24,000 bases of DNA, taken from positions 1-24,000 of the forward strand of contig DATAZK010000080.1 of the NCBI GenBank assembly GCA_036272075.1, read 5' to 3'. This document shows positions 23,851-24,000 of the stretch, in pieces. The notes under the pieces are model-generated. The model saw only the letters and a list, made by a program, of their open reading frames with translations. It was not told where the DNA came from and did no database searches. This DNA comes from Frankiaceae bacterium. GTDB taxonomy: Bacteria; Actinomycetota; Actinomycetes; Frankiales; Frankiaceae. Each line of letters opens with the position of its first letter. Position 1 is the stretch's first letter. Both the position numbers and the translations under genes were made by a program.

Positions 23851-24000
23851 CACGAGCCTTGCGCGACGGGCTGGAGTCGGCGGACGGCGTCGGCGACGGC
23901 TGTGCCCTCGAAGAAGTCCGGATTGGTGCCGGTGAAAAGGCGCGCCGGATTGCTGAAGGTGAAGTCGCGGAAGTCCTCGGGCGTGAGGACTTCTTTGCGA
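23850..24000 (-). CDS. C-terminal ~50 aa of a probable amidohydrolase-family protein; 5' end lies beyond the right edge
   Basis: Not in the ORF track because it runs off the edge. Reverse translation gives ...KEVLTPEDFRDFTFSNPARLFTGTNPDFFEGTAVADAVRRLQPVAQGS*. The xxFxxNPARLF...NPxFFEGT ending is typical of actinobacterial amidohydrolase C-termini. The assignment rests on this short motif only. Confidence 0.45.
   Translation of the reverse strand, partial: RKEVLTPEDFRDFTFSNPARLFTGTNPDFFEGTAVADAVRRLQPVAQGS

Noticed and set aside
13119-24000. The idea that the right-hand cluster is a horizontally acquired mobile or defence island
   Set aside because: There is no integrase, transposase, tRNA attachment site, flanking direct repeats, nuclease/helicase/ATPase defence hallmarks or toxin-antitoxin pair. 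By eye, base composition and codon bias look the same as in the housekeeping half. It is best described as a chromosomal metabolic cluster.

Overview
This is GC-rich actinobacterial chromosomal DNA. Codon position 3 is overwhelmingly G/C in the real frames. The ORF track is full of long Arg/Pro/Ala-rich antisense or off-frame ORFs, which I discard. I call 25 protein genes (2 partial), 2 riboswitches and a few hairpins and short repeats.

Positions 1-13100 are a conserved housekeeping and developmental neighbourhood. In order: purD (partial) and purA, small conserved unknowns, DUF3151, two Rpf-type (resuscitation-promoting-factor-like) muralytic genes each behind its own ydaO-type c-di-AMP riboswitch, fbaA, a single-cysteine CoADR/Nox-family flavoprotein, DedA, DUF3073, a conserved 275-aa unknown, bldC, and a PAS-GGDEF-EAL c-di-GMP protein.

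Positions 13100-24000 are a tightly packed, TetR-associated, catabolic-looking cluster. It holds a P450, an SDR, two clear amidohydrolase_2 paralogues plus a probable third, a class II aldolase/adducin-fold protein, an enoyl-CoA hydratase, an alpha/beta hydrolase, a PAPS-type sulfotransferase and an aldehyde dehydrogenase.

I found no rRNA, tRNA, CRISPR, transposase, integrase, toxin-antitoxin or recognisable defence genes.

Verdict: I see no compelling evidence for a wholly new class of system. The most interesting items are:
(1) the duplicated c-di-AMP riboswitch/Rpf modules, supported by compensatory base changes between the two copies;
(2) the bldC / GGDEF-EAL adjacency, which puts c-di-AMP and c-di-GMP circuitry within 9 kb;
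(3) the uncharacterised TetR-linked amidohydrolase / hydrolase / sulfotransferase cluster, whose substrate cannot be inferred from sequence alone.

All family assignments come from motif recognition by eye. No searches were run.
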